Below, one piece after another: positions 1-9,234 of a stretch of DNA of 40,166 nt. The position numbers and the translations under genes were made by a program. This stretch comes from Rhizobacter sp. (lineage in GTDB: Bacteria > Pseudomonadota > Gammaproteobacteria > Burkholderiales > Burkholderiaceae_C): positions 1 to 40,166 of the forward strand of contig JAYSLR010000100.1 in assembly GCA_043725365.1 (NCBI GenBank). Direction: 5' to 3'. The notes under the pieces are model-generated. The model was not told the origin of the DNA and made no database searches. It was given only the letters and a program-made list of their open reading frames with translations. Positions within the stretch are counted from its first letter, which is position 1, and every line of letters begins with the position of its first letter.

Positions 1-514
1 CTTCGCCCAGTTCCAGCGCCGCACAGCGGCTCAGGTGAATCAGGGCGGCTTTGGCGGCTGAGTAGCCCAGCGTGCCCGCGTAGCCCGCGCGGTGCCCGGC
101 GATGGAACCGATGTTGATGATGCTGCCCTGCTGCTGCGCGCGCATCAGCGCCGCGACATGCTTCATGTGCGCCATCGCGCCACGCACGTGCACCGCAAAC
201 GTGTGGTCAAAGTCTTCGAGCGACACCGTTTCCAGGCGGGCACCGCCCGTGGCGCCGCCCGCGTTGTTCACCAGCACGTCGATGCGGCCGCTACCGGCCG
301 TGGCGGCAGCGATGGTGCGCGCGGCGTCAGCTTCCACTGCAGCGTCGGCTTCTATGAAAGTGGCGCCGGTGAGTTGCGCCACTTCGGCCCCCAGTTCCGC
401 GCGCCGGCCACTGAAGAAGACCGCGGCCCCTTCTTCGACGAAGCGCTCCACCATGCGCCGCCCGATGCCGCTCGTGCCACCGGTGATCACGGCGACTTTG
501 CCTTGGAGTCTCAT
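1..514 (-). CDS. SDR family oxidoreductase (5' part; runs off window start)
   Basis: Manual translation from ATG at 514: MRLQGKVAVITGGTSGIG (TGxxxGIG), later NNAG, IINIGS and the YSAAK (YxxxK) motif. Absent from the ORF track because it is truncated. Confidence 0.92.
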   Translation of the reverse strand, partial: MRLQGKVAVITGGTSGIGRRMVERFVEEGAAVFFSGRRAELGAEVAQLTGATFIEADAAVEADAARTIAAATAGSGRIDVLVNNAGGATGGARLETVSLEDFDHTFAVHVRGAMAHMKHVAALMRAQQQGSIINIGSIAGHRAGYAGTLGYSAAKAALIHLSRCAALELGE

Positions 515-813
515 GGCGGGCCTTCGGGGTCGGGTTGAGGTCCACGAGTGTGGAGGCACGCTTTCAGTGGGTCAAGGTGCACAGCGGCCGGGAGGACGGT
601 GTGTCGCCCCCGGGCCGAGCAGTCGGGCGAGAGCGGGAGCGCAGGCGGCTGCCAGCGGCAGTTGGTGCCCGGGAGCGTGACTGCGCGTTCACCGTTCGAT
701 CGACGGCCCCCCCCCGCTGCCTCGTTGACGGTCGGTCGTCGCCGGGGAAGAACGATCCCGGCCAATCCCTGGACAATGGCGACCGGCCTCCACCCTTCAT
801 CACCCTGCCCTCC

Positions 814-1062
814 ATGACCGAACTGTCCCCCAAGCCCCCGCTGCCCGACCATCTGTCGATCGACCCGCGCAGCCCCCATCACGTGGCCGCCGTCTTCGAG
901 CACGGGATCGGCATCCGCATCAACGGCAAGGAACGCTTCGACGTCGAGGAATACTGCCTCAGCGAGGGCTGGATCAAGGTGCCGGCCGGTCGGGCGCTGG
1001 ATCGCAGGGGCCAGCCGCTGCTGGTCAAGCTGAAGGGCCGGGTCGAGGCGTTCTATCGTTAG
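814..1062 (+). CDS. DUF3297-family small protein
   Basis: MTELSPKPPLPDHLSIDPRSPHH...GIRINGKERFDVEEYCLSEGWIKVPAG...KLKGRVEAFYR matches the DUF3297 pattern as I recall it. Start placed at ATG 814. Confidence 0.8.
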   Translation: MTELSPKPPLPDHLSIDPRSPHHVAAVFEHGIGIRINGKERFDVEEYCLSEGWIKVPAGRALDRRGQPLLVKLKGRVEAFYR

Positions 1063-1132
1063 CGACCGACGGAGGTGCGATCCCGCCGCTCGTTCCGCAG
1101 GCGTCGATATCGCGACGCGGCAGGCCGGCCGC

Positions 1133-1669
1133 TCAGCGCCGGGCGCTGCCGAACACGCGGTCCCAGAACGTGCTGGTAACGCCGTAATACCCCGGCCGGG
1201 CCAGGTGATGGTGCCGTGCGTGCGCGCGCTTGCGGCGCTTCAGCCAGGCGTTGTCGATGTTCCAGTGGTGCGTCGCGTGGTGCGTGATCGCATAGCCGAG
1301 GTAGCCGATCAGCACGCCCAGCGTCAGCGCGCAAGCAGTCCAGCCGCCGACCAGTCGGAGCGCCGGCAGGAACACCAGCGTGAAGATCAGCCCGGCGCTC
1401 AGGATCGTCGGGCTCGCGATCCGCGCCGTCGGCCGCTCGTGGTGGCGAGCGTGCCAGCCCTTGAACGGCGCCAGGCCGTGCAGCACGAAGCGGTGCATCA
1501 CGTACTCGACCAGCGTCCAGCCGGCCAAGCCCAGCGCGACCGGCACCGGCCAGCGCGCCAGCGGCTGGGCCAGCAGCAGCAGCCCGGTCAGGCCAATGAC
1601 CGCGGCACCGTAGAGCACGAAGTCGGCGCGGTACGCGCCCCGGCTGTGTTCCAGCGCGAAAAGATTCAT
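1133..1669 (-). CDS. Fatty acid hydroxylase / sterol desaturase family membrane protein
   Basis: His boxes EYVMHRFVLH, HARHH, HHATHH and HARHHH, the C-terminal YGVTSTFWDRVFGS, and hydrophobic segments. Confidence 0.88.
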   Translation of the reverse strand: MNLFALEHSRGAYRADFVLYGAAVIGLTGLLLLAQPLARWPVPVALGLAGWTLVEYVMHRFVLHGLAPFKGWHARHHERPTARIASPTILSAGLIFTLVFLPALRLVGGWTACALTLGVLIGYLGYAITHHATHHWNIDNAWLKRRKRAHARHHHLARPGYYGVTSTFWDRVFGSARR

Positions 1670-1751
1670 CGGGTCGAGCTCGCAGTGGAAAGGGCCCCAT
1701 TGGACACGGGTTCCGGGCTCCCGGTTCATGCGCTCGTCAAGCGCTCTGGCA

Positions 1752-1769
1752 ATGTACGGTACCGTACAT
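1752..1769. promoter_or_regulatory. Perfect 18-bp palindrome ATGTACGGTACCGTACAT, candidate Crp/Fnr operator
   Basis: Lies between the divergent hydroxylase and Crp genes. Related copies occur at 2607, 3404 and 3540. Confidence 0.6.
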
Positions 1770-1867
1770 ACAAACGCATGCGAACGGACTAGACTGTGCG
1801 ATGGCCGCGAGCGCGCGCGTCACCGGGCGCAAGCCCCCATATCCCTTCTGCCCGACGACGCCTCACG

Positions 1868-2584
1868 ATGGCCCTGGCCTCCGACCCCCGCAAGAACCAG
1901 CTCCTCGCCGCCCTGCCCGAGTCCGAATGGCAACGCTGGCAGCCCCTGCTCGAACCGGTCGAGATGCCGCTCGGGCAGGTGCTGTACGAGTCCGGCAGCA
2001 CGCTCAGCCATGTGTACTTTCCCACCACGTCGATCGTCTCGCTGCTGTACGTGATGGAGAGCGGCGCCTCGGCCGAGATCGCGGTCGTCGGCAACGAGGG
2101 GGTGGTCGACATCTCGCTGTTCATGGGCGGCGAGTCCACGCCGAGCCGCGCGGTCGTGCAGAGCGCCGGGAAGGGCTGGCGGCTGGCATCGCAGGCCATC
2201 AAGGAAGAATTCAAGCGCGCGCCGGTCCTGCACCTGCTGCTGCGCTACACCCAGGCGCTGATCACGCAGATGGCGCAGACGGCGGTGTGCAACCGCCACC
2301 ACTCGGTCGACCAGCAGCTGTGCCGCTGGCTGCTGCTGAGCCTGGACCGGCTGCAGGGCAACGAGCTCGTGATGACGCAGGAACTGATCGCCAACATGCT
2401 CGGCGTGCGCCGCGAAGGCGTGACCGAAGCCGCGCTGAAGCTGCAGCAGACCGGGATCATCCGCTACGCGCGCGGCCGCATCACGGTGCTGGACCGCCCC
2501 GGGCTGGAGCAGCGCACCTGCGAGTGCTATGCGGTGGTCAAGCGCGAGTACGACCGGCTGCTGCCGGCGCTGACGGCGACCTAA
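1868..2584 (+). CDS. Crp/Fnr family transcriptional regulator
   Basis: cNMP-binding-like N-terminus (VYFPTTSIVSLL...VGNEG), QTAVCNRHHSVDQQLCRWLL, and HTH MTQELIANMLGVRREGVTEAA. Confidence 0.93.
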   Translation: MALASDPRKNQLLAALPESEWQRWQPLLEPVEMPLGQVLYESGSTLSHVYFPTTSIVSLLYVMESGASAEIAVVGNEGVVDISLFMGGESTPSRAVVQSAGKGWRLASQAIKEEFKRAPVLHLLLRYTQALITQMAQTAVCNRHHSVDQQLCRWLLLSLDRLQGNELVMTQELIANMLGVRREGVTEAALKLQQTGIIRYARGRITVLDRPGLEQRTCECYAVVKREYDRLLPALTAT

Positions 2585-2673
2585 AACAGGCTCGATTCGC
2601 CCCTATGTGGGCTGGCAGACAGTCAAGCGGCCGCGCAGGCCCCAGACTAGGCCCCTCACCGCAGGAGCGCAGT

Positions 2674-3390
2674 TTGGCCAGCATCGAGAACCATCTGATC
2701 GAACGGCTGCCGCGTGCGGACAGGCTGCGCTTCCTCGCGATCTGCGAGCCGGTCGATCTGGTGATCGAGACGGTTCTGTTCGAATCCGGGCAAACGGCGC
2801 GCCACGTCTGGTTCCCGACCGAGGGCTTCATCTCGCTGATCACGCTGATCGACGGCAGCCCGGGCCTGGAGGTCGGCATGGTCGGCCGCGAGGGCATGGT
2901 GGGTGCGCATGTCGCGCTCGGCGTCGCGACCTCGCCGCTGCGAGCGCTGGTGCAGGGGCCGGGATCGGCCTGGCGCGTCGAGGTGCCCGCATTCCTCGCC
3001 GAGCTGGCCCGCAGCCCGCCGCTGCAGCGCGACATGCACCGGTACGTCTACGTGCTGATGGCCCAGCTCACATCGGCCACGGCCTGCCTGCGCTTCCACC
3101 AGATCGGCCCGCGCCTGGCGCGCTGGCTGCTGATGAGCCAGGACCGCGCGCACGCCGACCACTTCCATGTGACCCACGAATTCCTTGCTTACATGCTGGG
3201 CGTGCGCCGGGTCGGCGTCACCGCCGCGGCGAGCGCGCTGCAACGCGCCGGGCTGATCGAGTACCACTGCGGCGAGCTCGCGGTGCTCGACCGCACCGGG
3301 CTCGAAGCCGCCGCCTGCGGCTGCTACCGGGCCGACCTGGACACCTACGCGAGCGTGCTGGCCGCGCGCCGGTCTCCCCGCGCCGCCTGA
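2674..3390 (+). CDS. Crp/Fnr family transcriptional regulator (second paralogue)
   Basis: TTG start after a GGAG RBS; ENHLIERLP...VGREGMVG...RLARWLLMSQDR...THEFLAYMLGVRRVGVTAAA; same length as the first paralogue. Confidence 0.9.
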   Translation: MASIENHLIERLPRADRLRFLAICEPVDLVIETVLFESGQTARHVWFPTEGFISLITLIDGSPGLEVGMVGREGMVGAHVALGVATSPLRALVQGPGSAWRVEVPAFLAELARSPPLQRDMHRYVYVLMAQLTSATACLRFHQIGPRLARWLLMSQDRAHADHFHVTHEFLAYMLGVRRVGVTAAASALQRAGLIEYHCGELAVLDRTGLEAAACGCYRADLDTYASVLAARRSPRAA

Positions 3391-3634
3391 TCGCGGAGCG
3401 TCAGTGGGCTGCCGCGCAGACGCGCCCGACCGGTCAGAAGCGCAGCCTCGAGCGCGGCAAGGCCACGCGCAAGAAAGACGCCGGCAAGCGCGCCAAGCAG
3501 GGCGGTTGAGCCACGCGATGATGCCGACCCGCCGGCTCGGTGCGCTGGCGCACAGACCGGAGCCGACAGTTCGCCGACAGTCTCGCATCGGCACCCCGCC
3601 GATACCGAACCGCCCACGCTGCAGGGCGCCCCGC

Positions 3635-4000
3635 ATGAACTCCGCCGACACCGATTGCCGCTGCGCCGCCACCCTCCCGCCGGAGTCATCGGACGTGGCC
3701 GTCTGCGATCTGACGCTGCTGTGTGCGGTCGTCAGCGCCCGGCTCGAACTGCTCGTCGGCGAGACCTTTCTCGCCGCCTGCCGCGAGCGCGGCGCCGAGC
3801 CGACCGCCCAGGTCCGCGCCGGGGTGCTCGAGTGCGTCGGCGCGTTGCGCCAGCTGCACGCGACGCTCGCGCACGAGATCGCGCGCCGCCCGCCCCTCGA
3901 AGAACGCGCGGCGCCCGAAATCCTGGCGATGCTGACGCGCGAGCCCGCGACCTTGATCGCGAGGCTGGCCGCCGTGCTGCCGGCCCGCACGGCGGGCTGA
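3635..4000 (+). CDS. Hypothetical helical protein
   Basis: ATG at 3635 downstream of a motif copy at 3540; amphipathic sequence VRAGVLECVGALRQLHATLAHEIARR. No firm family assignment. Confidence 0.5.
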   Translation: MNSADTDCRCAATLPPESSDVAVCDLTLLCAVVSARLELLVGETFLAACRERGAEPTAQVRAGVLECVGALRQLHATLAHEIARRPPLEERAAPEILAMLTREPATLIARLAAVLPARTAG

Positions 4001-4064
4001 ACCCGGGCGACGCCGCAGCCCGGCGCGTCAACCCGGCGCCGGGTGCGCGCGCAAGCGCCAGCAG

Positions 4065-4283
4065 GGCCGCGACCTCGCGATCTTCCGCATCGGCGACGCG
4101 CTGTTCGCCATCGACAACCTCTGCACCCACGGCCACGCACGGCTGTACGACGGTTTCGTCGAGGGCTTCGAGATCGTGTGCCCGCTGCACCAGGGCCGCT
4201 TCGACCTGCGCAGCGGCGCGGCGACCTGCGCGCCGGCCGTCGAGGCCGTGAAGACCTGCCCGATCCGCATCGACGGCGGCCGA
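4065..4283 (+). pseudogene. Rieske [2Fe-2S] ferredoxin remnant (dioxygenase ferredoxin type)
   Basis: GRDLAIFRIGDALFAIDNLCTHGHARLYDGFVEGFEIVCPLHQGRFDLRSG has CxH...CxxH intact. No ATG/GTG/TTG between the in-frame TGA at 3954 and the first motif, and no stop before the downstream gene. Confidence 0.75.
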
Positions 4284-4385
4284 CCCGGCCTCCCTGTCGA
4301 ACCCTCGCTCGACCCGATAGAGTCGGACGAGCGCCGCGGGACAGCCCTCGTCCGCGCCCCACTCGACCACCGCAGGATCACACCC

Positions 4386-5123
4386 ATGATCGAGGAAAGC
4401 CGCGACATTGCCACCGCCGACGGTGCGATGAACTCGTTCGTCGTCTGCCCGGACGAGGGCGGGCCGTTCCCGGTGGTTCTGTTCTACATGGACGCGCCGG
4501 GCAAGCGCGAGGAGCTTCACGACATGGCGCGCCGAATCGCGGCCGTCGGCTATCTCGTGGTGTTGCCCAATCTCTACTACCGCAGCAGCCGCGACTACGT
4601 GCTGCGCGAGCGCACCGAGGCCGGCTTCGCCGAAATGTTCGGCCACATGCACTCGCTCGACCGGCGAACCACCGAACGCGACACCGAGGCCCTGCTGCGA
4701 TTCGTCGACTCGCACCCGCAGGCCGACGCGAACCGGGTTGGCGCGGTGGGCTACTGCATGAGCGGCCCCTTCGTGATCTGGGCCGCCGCCGCGTTCCCCT
4801 CCCGGCTGCGCTGCATTGCATCGATCTACGGGGCCAACCTCGTGACCGACAGTCCGGACTCACCGCACCGGGTGGTCGACCAGGTCCGCTGCGATGCCTA
4901 CTTCGCCTGCGCCGAGATCGACAAGTGGGCCAGCCCGGAAGCCATCGCGCAATTGCAGGCGGCGCTGGTCGCCGCAGGCACGCCGCACCGCATCGAGTGG
5001 TACGCCGGCGCCGAGCACGGCTTCGCCTTTCCGCTGCGTGCAGGCATCTACAACAAGCCGGCGGCCGAGCGCCACTGGGTGCGCCTGTTCAGCCTGTTCC
5101 GGCGTCATCTCGGAACGAGATGA
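4386..5123 (+). CDS. Dienelactone hydrolase family protein
   Basis: PVVLFYMDAPGKREEL, nucleophile motif GYCMSG, and GAEHGFAF. ATG at 4386 after an AGGA RBS. Confidence 0.9.
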   Translation: MIEESRDIATADGAMNSFVVCPDEGGPFPVVLFYMDAPGKREELHDMARRIAAVGYLVVLPNLYYRSSRDYVLRERTEAGFAEMFGHMHSLDRRTTERDTEALLRFVDSHPQADANRVGAVGYCMSGPFVIWAAAAFPSRLRCIASIYGANLVTDSPDSPHRVVDQVRCDAYFACAEIDKWASPEAIAQLQAALVAAGTPHRIEWYAGAEHGFAFPLRAGIYNKPAAERHWVRLFSLFRRHLGTR

Positions 5124-5182
5124 ACATGTCGACGTAGGCCTTGCCCCCGCCGAATATCATCTCCGACACTTCCGGAGATTCC

Positions 5183-5971
5183 ATGGCAGACCAGACCATC
5201 CGCTTCGATGACGGCGCCGGCTACGAGATCATGATGGGCCGCTGGAGCGTGCTCGTCGGAGAGCGCTTCCTCGAATGGATCGGCGCACCCGAAGGGGCAC
5301 GCTGGCTCGACGTCGGCTGCGGAAACGGCGCGTTCACCGAACTGGTGGTCGATCGCTGCAGTCCTTCCGAGGTGCAGGCCTTCGATCCATCGCCGGGCCA
5401 GCTGGCCTATGCACGGAATCGCCTGCCCGCCGGCTCGCCGGTGACCTGGACCGAGGGCGACGCGATGCGGCTGCCCGTCGCGGAGGGCGCCAGCGATGTG
5501 GCCGTGATGGCCCTGGTGCTGTTCTTCGTGCCCGAGCCGGCCGTCGGCGTGGCGCAGATGTGCCGCGCCGTGCGCTCCGGCGGTGTGGTGGCGGCCTACC
5601 ACTGGGACATCCTGGGCGGTGGCTTCCCGCTGGCCGACATCGGCGCCGAGATGCGTCAACTCGGCATCCCGCCGCGCCTGCCACCCAGTGTCGCGGCCTC
5701 CACCGTCGAGGCGTCCGCGGCGCTGTGGCACGCGGCCGGGCTCGACGGCGTGCGCACCTGCCAGATCACGGTGCAGCGGCGCTTCGACAGCTTCGGCGAC
5801 TACTGGAACAGCGCCGCGTTCAGCAACACGCTGCGACCGATGTTCGACGCGATGCCGGCGGAGCGCCGAGAGCTCCTGAAGGCCAACGTGCGCCGCCGGT
5901 TGCAGGCCCGCGACGATGCCCCGCTGACCGTGAGTGCCCGCGCGAACGCGGTCAGCGGCATCAAGCCGTAA
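5183..5971 (+). CDS. Class I SAM-dependent methyltransferase
   Basis: WLDVGCGNG motif [18 protein letters not shown]...GGVVAAY; GGAG RBS. Confidence 0.9.
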   Translation: MADQTIRFDDGAGYEIMMGRWSVLVGERFLEWIGAPEGARWLDVGCGNGAFTELVVDRCSPSEVQAFDPSPGQLAYARNRLPAGSPVTWTEGDAMRLPVAEGASDVAVMALVLFFVPEPAVGVAQMCRAVRSGGVVAAYHWDILGGGFPLADIGAEMRQLGIPPRLPPSVAASTVEASAALWHAAGLDGVRTCQITVQRRFDSFGDYWNSAAFSNTLRPMFDAMPAERRELLKANVRRRLQARDDAPLTVSARANAVSGIKP

Positions 5972-6051
5972 GCCGAGGAAGACTCGGTCCGATTCACGCA
6001 CCGCCGGCGCCGAGGCCGCCTCGGCCCACTGGTTCACCTGGGGAGATCCTC

Positions 6052-7140
6052 ATGCTCGTGTTCCGTCAATTGTTCGACCCTCAGTCGTCCACCTACACCT
6101 ATCTGCTCGGCGATTCGGCGTCCGGCGAGGCGCTGCTCATCGATACGGTGTTCGAGCACGTTCGGCGCGACACGGCCTTGCTGCGCGAACTGGGCCTGCG
6201 CCCGGTCGCCACGCTGGACACGCACGTGCACGCCGACCACGTCACCGGTGCCTGGCTGATGAAGGCCGGCAGCGGCAGCAAGATCATGCTGTCCGAGGCG
6301 TCGGCGGCGGCGAATGCCGATCGCCTGTTGCGGCACGGCGACCGCGTGCCGTTCGGCACCCGCCACGTCGAGGTTTGCGCCACGCCCGGGCACACGAACG
6401 GGTGCCTGACCTACGTGCTCGACGACCAGAGCATGGCCTTCACCGGCGACAGCCTGCTGATCCGGGGTTGCGGTCGCACCGACTTCCAGCAGGGCAGCCC
6501 CGCGCGGCTCTATCGGTCGGTGCGGGAGCAGATCCTCTCGCTGCAGCCCGGTTGTCTGCTGTACCCCGCGCACGACTACCGCGGCCTGACGGTGACCAGT
6601 GTGGCGGAGGAGAAGCGCTTCAATCCGCGCCTGGGCGGTGACGTGGACGAAGCGGACTTCGTCGGCTACATGAACAACCTGGGCCTGCCGCACCCCAAGC
6701 TGATGGACATCGCCGTGCCCGCCAACCTGCGCTGCGGCCAGCCGGACCAGACCACCGCGCCGGTGCCGGAGCCGACCTGGGCGCCGCTGACCTGCAATTT
6801 CAGTGGCGTGTGGGAGATCCAGCCCGCGGCGCTCGAGGAATGCCTCGCCGGCGGGCGCGCGAACGACCTCCAGGTGATCGACGTGCGCGAGCCCGCCGAG
6901 TTCACCGGCGGCCTCGGCCACATCCCCGGCGCGCGCCTGGTGCCGCTGGCGTCGCTCGGCGCGCGCAGCGCCGAGATCGACAAGGCCCGCCCGGTCGTCA
7001 CGGTCTGCCGCTCGGGGGCCCGCTCGGCGCAGGCCACGGTGCTGCTGCAGAAATCCGGCTTCTCGCAGGTGGCGAATCTGGCCGGCGGCATGCTGCGCTG
7101 GCGCGCGGAGGCGTTGCCGTTCGACCAGGGGGCGAACTGA
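6052..7140 (+). CDS. Persulfide dioxygenase (ETHE1-type MBL fold)-rhodanese fusion
   Basis: [49 protein letters not shown]; C-terminal rhodanese domain IDVREP...GHIPGA...CRSGARS. Confidence 0.92.
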   Translation: MLVFRQLFDPQSSTYTYLLGDSASGEALLIDTVFEHVRRDTALLRELGLRPVATLDTHVHADHVTGAWLMKAGSGSKIMLSEASAAANADRLLRHGDRVPFGTRHVEVCATPGHTNGCLTYVLDDQSMAFTGDSLLIRGCGRTDFQQGSPARLYRSVREQILSLQPGCLLYPAHDYRGLTVTSVAEEKRFNPRLGGDVDEADFVGYMNNLGLPHPKLMDIAVPANLRCGQPDQTTAPVPEPTWAPLTCNFSGVWEIQPAALEECLAGGRANDLQVIDVREPAEFTGGLGHIPGARLVPLASLGARSAEIDKARPVVTVCRSGARSAQATVLLQKSGFSQVANLAGGMLRWRAEALPFDQGAN

Positions 7141-7201
7141 CGGAAGCGTCATCCGATGGGGCGAAGAAGCACCGCTCGGGGCCGGAGGTGCCGCAATGGC
7201 A

Positions 7202-7540
7202 TCACTGCGCGGCCGGCGTCGCCTTCCAGCCGTTGACCGAGCCGATGTAGGCCCAGATCAGTTCCATCTGTTCGGGCTTGAGCGTGCCGCCCCAGGCGGG
7301 CATCGCACGCAGGCCGTTCGTCACCGAGCGCAGGAAGCGCTCCTTGTCGTCCTGCGGGAAGGTGCGCAGGTCGAAGCCGATCCCGTTGGTGGCCAGGTTG
7401 ATGCCATGGCAGCGCTCGCACGAGCTGATGTAGATCTTCCGCCCGGCTTCGGCCGCGCCGGAATCGGCCTGCTGCGCACCCGCCGCCGGCCAGGCGGCGA
7501 CGAGCGCGAGCGCGAGTGCGATCGGTCTTCGACCCCTCAT
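7202..7540 (-). CDS. Periplasmic monoheme cytochrome c, probable electron acceptor of the adjacent PQQ dehydrogenase
   Basis: Signal peptide, CERCH heme motif, and GLRAMPAWGG with a candidate distal Met. ATGA overlap with the dehydrogenase stop. Confidence 0.88.
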   Translation of the reverse strand: MRGRRPIALALALVAAWPAAGAQQADSGAAEAGRKIYISSCERCHGINLATNGIGFDLRTFPQDDKERFLRSVTNGLRAMPAWGGTLKPEQMELIWAYIGSVNGWKATPAAQ

Positions 7541-9234
7541 CGTGCCGAGGGAAGCGCGAAGGTCCACACCGAGCCGCCGGCGGGGACGTTGGCCAGGTCG
7601 GGGTCGCCGGCGAGCGCGCCGTAGACCGTGGCCGAGCCGCTGAGCACGGTCACGTACTGGCGGCCGTCGCGCTCCCAGGTGATCGGCAGGCCGGTGATGC
7701 CCGAGCCCATCTGGAAGGACCAGAGCTTCGCACCGGTCTTCGAGTCGAAGGCCATGAACTGGCCGTTCTGCGAGCCGGTGAAGACCACGCCACCGGCGGT
7801 GGACAGGACGCCCGCCCAGAGCGGCGACTTGTTCAGCGTGCGCCACACCGCCTTGCCCGCGACCGGGTCCCATGCGACCAGGGCGCCGCGGTTGCCGTCC
7901 TCGGGACCGACGAATCCGCCGAGCTCGAGGCCGAGATACCAGTTCGGTCCGCCCGGGCGCTGCTGCTTGACGTACTTGACCTTCATGCCGAGGTCGATCG
8001 AATTCAGGTACACGAGCTTGCGGTCGGGGTCGTAGCTCATCGGCATCCAGTTCTTGCCGCCGAAGGCGCTCGGCCAGACCTCGATGAAGTCCTTCATCTC
8101 CTCGGTCTTGCGCACCATCGCCGTCATCGGCGTGTCGATCGGGCGGCCGCTGGCCATGTCGATGCCGCTGGCCCAGTTGACCTTGCGAGCGAACTGCGTC
8201 GCCGAGAGCAGCTTGCCGCTGGTGCGATCGAGCACGTAGAAGAAGCCGTTGCGGTTGGCCTGCATCAGGACCTTGGTCGGCTTGCCGGCGATGGGCAGTT
8301 CGGCCAGCACCAGTTCGTTGGTGCCGTCGTAGTCGTAGGGGTCGCCGGGCGAGAACTGGTAGTGCCACACGATCTCACCGGTCGATGGCCGCAGTGCGAG
8401 CACCGAGCCGATGTAGAGCGAGTCGCCGCCACGCGTGGCCGGATTCCACGGCCCCCCGTTGCCGACGCCCCAGTAGACGAGATCGAGATCGGGGTCGTAG
8501 GTGCCGGTCAGCCAGGTCGGCGCGCCGCCGGTCTTGTAGGCATCGCCCTTCCAGGTGTCACCGCCGGGCTCCCCCGGGGCGGCGGTGGTCCAGCGGTGCC
8601 ACTTCTTCTGGCCGGTCTTGAGGTCCCATGCGTCGAGGAAACCGCGCGTGCCGTACTCGCCGCCGGAGATGCCGGTGATCAGCACGCCGCCGGCGATCAG
8701 CGGCGCATGCGTCATCGAGTAGCCGTCCTTGTAGTCGGCGGCCTTCTGCGTCCACAGTGTCTTGCCGTCGGCCATCGAGATCGCCATCACGTGCGCGTCG
8801 ACGGTCGTCCGGTAGAGCACGCCGTTCAGCGCCGCCATGCCACGCGACTGAATGCCGCAGCACAGGTAGCCGGGAAGATCGGCGGGCAGATCGATCGCCG
8901 TCTTCCACTTCTGGCGGCCGGTCAGCGCATCGATGGCGATCGTGTGCGTGTGCGAGGCGACATACATCGTGCCGCCGATCACCAGCGGCTGGCTCGACGC
9001 GTTGGCCGAGTTGTCCAGGCTGAGGTTCCACACCGCCTGCAGCTTGCCGACATTGTCGGCGTTGATCTGCGTGATCGACGAGTGTCGCTGCTGCGACCAG
9101 CCCATGCCGTAGGTGGTGACGTCGCCCGGCGTGGCGGCATCGTTGCGCAGGTCTGCCAAGGTCTGCGCCGACGCGATCGCCGCAGCCGATGACAGCACCA
9201 AGGCGGCCAGACCGCCCGCGATTCTCTTGTCCAT
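7537..9234 (-). CDS. PQQ-dependent alcohol dehydrogenase (methanol/ethanol family), lanthanide-type
   Basis: Signal peptide, vicinal CC (YLCCG), SGGEYG, GVGNGGPWN, YDYDGTNE with the extra Asp, ANRNGFFYVLDR, GGKNW; no heme motif. Confidence 0.93.
   Translation of the reverse strand: MDKRIAGGLAALVLSSAAAIASAQTLADLRNDAATPGDVTTYGMGWSQQRHSSITQINADNVGKLQAVWNLSLDNSANASSQPLVIGGTMYVASHTHTIAIDALTGRQKWKTAIDLPADLPGYLCCGIQSRGMAALNGVLYRTTVDAHVMAISMADGKTLWTQKAADYKDGYSMTHAPLIAGGVLITGISGGEYGTRGFLDAWDLKTGQKKWHRWTTAAPGEPGGDTWKGDAYKTGGAPTWLTGTYDPDLDLVYWGVGNGGPWNPATRGGDSLYIGSVLALRPSTGEIVWHYQFSPGDPYDYDGTNELVLAELPIAGKPTKVLMQANRNGFFYVLDRTSGKLLSATQFARKVNWASGIDMASGRPIDTPMTAMVRKTEEMKDFIEVWPSAFGGKNWMPMSYDPDRKLVYLNSIDLGMKVKYVKQQRPGGPNWYLGLELGGFVGPEDGNRGALVAWDPVAGKAVWRTLNKSPLWAGVLSTAGGVVFTGSQNGQFMAFDSKTGAKLWSFQMGSGITGLPITWERDGRQYVTVLSGSATVYGALAGDPDLANVPAGGSVWTFALPSAR

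Noticed and set aside
1801-3390. Apparent 529-aa extended Crp protein
   Set aside because: The N-terminal part is off-frame overlap with the first Crp gene; an RBS plus TTG at 2674 gives the normal length.
3404-3509. Basic peptide TRPTGQKRSLERGKATRKK resembling the ArfB/YaeJ C-terminal tail
   Set aside because: Too short, no GGQ domain and no plausible start; could be chance.
2656-4362. 568-aa minus-strand ORF and many other long overlapping ORFs (e.g. 7516-9192+, 8558-10624-, 15608-17743+, 18606-20438+, 28086-29948+, 30796-32472+)
   Set aside because: Shadow ORFs of high-GC genes: Arg/Ala/Gly-rich, no motifs, and antisense or off-frame to well-supported genes.
6009-6025. GCCGAGGC-C-GCCTCGGC hairpin as an intrinsic terminator
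   Set aside because: One-base loop and no U-tract; function cannot be supported.
5275-7140. 621-aa ORF suggesting a larger fusion
   Set aside because: The upstream part is an alternative frame of the methyltransferase; the real start is ATG 6052 with a GGAG RBS.
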